DNA of 62,719 bases, counting the filler, from Scyliorhinus canicula (lineage: Eukaryota): NCBI RefSeq assembly GCF_902713615.1. It is 6 parts of 6 records of this genome, joined end to end, with 100 filler letters (N's around TTAATTAATTAA, not from the genome) between each part and the next. Parts side by side here need not be neighbours in the genome. Positions count along the whole stretch, not along the records: positions 59,156 to 62,719 come from NC_052149.1; 5 more parts are not named here. One strand, written 5' to 3'. Below the pieces are notes generated by a model that was given only the letters and a program-made list of their open reading frames with translations, searched no databases and was not told where the DNA came from. Shown here one piece after another: positions 60,831 to 62,719 of the stretch. Position numbers and translations under genes: made by a program. The number at the start of each line of letters is the position of its first letter. Positions within the stretch are counted from its first letter, which is position 1.

Positions 60831-61635
60831 TGATGTCCTGTGAACACCTGGAGAACAAATACAAGTACAAAGTTGTTTGCTAAGCTTACAAATGAATCAT
60901 AAATTAACCCATCCTGTTATCAGCTCACCAACCAGTGGAAACAATCTTGCACTGTCAACCCTCTCAATCCTTCTGACGGGAACTCCTCCTCTAATCTTCC
61001 CCATTCACTCCGGTTTTTCTCCCCAAGTAGTTCACTCCGATGCACATTCGCGGCGAATCCACATTGTGCTTGTTCCATAGCTCCAATATCCTTTCTGTAC
61101 TGTAAAGGTATGTCCAAAATTGCACACAACACTCCCAACAGCAGTCAAGCCAATGCCATGTTGGTGAATCAGCCTTGTGAAGTGACACCAACACAGATCT
61201 GCGAGATCTTAGGGTCGCAGTATTAAGCATCTTGCACCCACTGCCACACTGGGCTGAGGCCTCCTTGTCCTGCAAAGAAGGTTTATTCCAGAGTTTAGCA
61301 GCAGTAGCAATACAAAATCGCTGCTACAATGTAGTATTTACAGGTTCAAAGCGAAACAGCCAGTGTAACAGCCGAGGATACTGAAAACCAAACGCAATTA
61401 CAATTCTGACTTGTCTGTAAAGGCCACTGCCACGCTCGAGAACATTGACGTGTGATTGTAAAGACTCATGGCAATAAAAGCCACAGGCTAACAGAGGTTG
61501 AACACTATATATAGAGTGCTCTGACTGACTCCAGGTCAATAAACCCAGGGCTCAGTTCAAGTCTGCAACATTTTTGGCTTTCAAATGGATTCAAACAAAA
61601 AGGTGAGACTGGAATGGGGGGGAAGCACGTGAACT

Positions 61636-62285
61636 GGGCAGCACGGTAGCATTGTGGATAGCACAAATGCTTCACAGCTCCAGGGTCCCAGGTTCGGATC
61701 CCGGCTTAAGTCACTGTCTGTGTGGAGTCTGCACATTCTCCCCGTGTCTGCGTGGGTTTCCTCCGGGTGCTCCGGTTTTTTCCCACAGTCCAAAGATGTG
61801 CAGATTAGGTGGATTGGCCGTGGTAAATTGCCCTCAGGGTCCAAATTGCCCTTGGTGTTAGGTGGGGTTACTGGGTTATGGGGATAGGGTGGAGGTATGG
61901 GCTTGGGTAGGGAGCTCTTTCCAAGAGCCGGTGCAGACTCGATGGTCCGAATGGCCTCCTTCTGCACTGCAAATTCTATGAAATAAGCTGAAGTCACCAA
62001 TTTCTGGTTAGAATTGCGAGTGATGCGAACGAAGGGTTACATTCACGGAGCTGGACCCTGACCTCTTGCTTGGAGTAGTGTGATTCCAGACCACGGGGCT
62101 GGTTTAGCACAGGGCTAAAGAGCTGGCTTTTAAAGCAGACCAAGGCAGGCCAGCAGCACGGTTCAATTTCCCTACCGGCCTCTCCGAACAGGCACCGGAA
62201 TGTGGCGACTAGGGGCTTTATACAGTAACTTCATTTGAAGCCTACTTGTGACAATAAGCGATCTTCATTTTTTTTTCCATTTCAT
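61636..62285 (+). mobile_element. Two SINEs of different families (61636-61985; 62095-62285)
   Basis: gggcagcacggtagcattgtggatagc.. full copy, and ggggctggtttagcacagggctaaagagctggcttttaaagc.. copy. Confidence 0.85.
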
Positions 62286-62719
62286 GCAGTCTTGTGTGAC
62301 TTGGGTCGCGCACTGCGAGTGACCCAACTCTGGGTGCTACATGCAGCCTAGTTTTTACAAAGTGCTCAGTAGGCTGTCCCACTCATGGTCAATTTGCAAA
62401 CCGTCTTAAATGTCGAGAAATCGTAACAGTACTAACGGATATCGTGGAGCTGCTGCTAGGGTGTAAAAAACGTTAAGTTCATTCTTTCAAAAAAAGGTGC
62501 AAAAAATCTTTCAAAGTGCTGAGGTCCCACACTTCCTTACACTATCCAGATGGCCCTGAGCTGTCCAAATGACAGGAAGAAAGTGTAAAAAGGAGACCAA
62601 CAGGTTTCCTGCAGACTTGCGGTTTATAGCTTACCAAATTAGTTTTTAATCAAACCCGACAGGACTCCAAGCAAGCCATCAAAATATGGATCTCGGAGAA
62701 GCAATTTCCACCTGTAGAA

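Noticed and set aside
1-62719. TCR D, J or constant exons and IgM C-mu1-3/VH
   Set aside because: Searched by eye for 12-RSS, FGxG/WGxG J motifs and C1-set exons; none found other than C-mu4.

Overview
Cartilaginous-fish (shark) genomic DNA. The SINE/CR1 repertoire looks catshark-like, but that is inference. The window is six contigs joined by artificial N44-TTAATTAATTAA-N44 linkers (A 1-7490, B 7591-19086, C 19187-28800, D 28901-41827, E 41928-59055, F 59156-62719), so adjacency across joins is unproven. A, D and E carry T-cell receptor alpha/delta-type V segments, typically a leader exon, phase-1 intron, V exon and 23-spacer RSS. After removing a ~10 kb D/E overlap that looks like an assembly artefact (31830-41827 = 41928-51935), nine distinct V segments remain. 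Two are canonical and intact, one is intact but lacks Cys23 and Trp41, and six are defective or doubtful. Contig B holds a minus-strand decayed IgM heavy-chain 3' end (C-mu4 plus secretory tail, TM1, TM2), with a Mutator-like transposon in the C-mu4/TM intron. GC-rich contig C holds ZNRD2 (last two exons) and FAM89B (exon 1) in the same order as human 11q13.1. The rest is SINEs, CR1 and Rex1/Babar LINE fragments, minisatellites and a tRNA-Thr pseudogene. I found no D, J, TCR constant or NAR-TCR segments.
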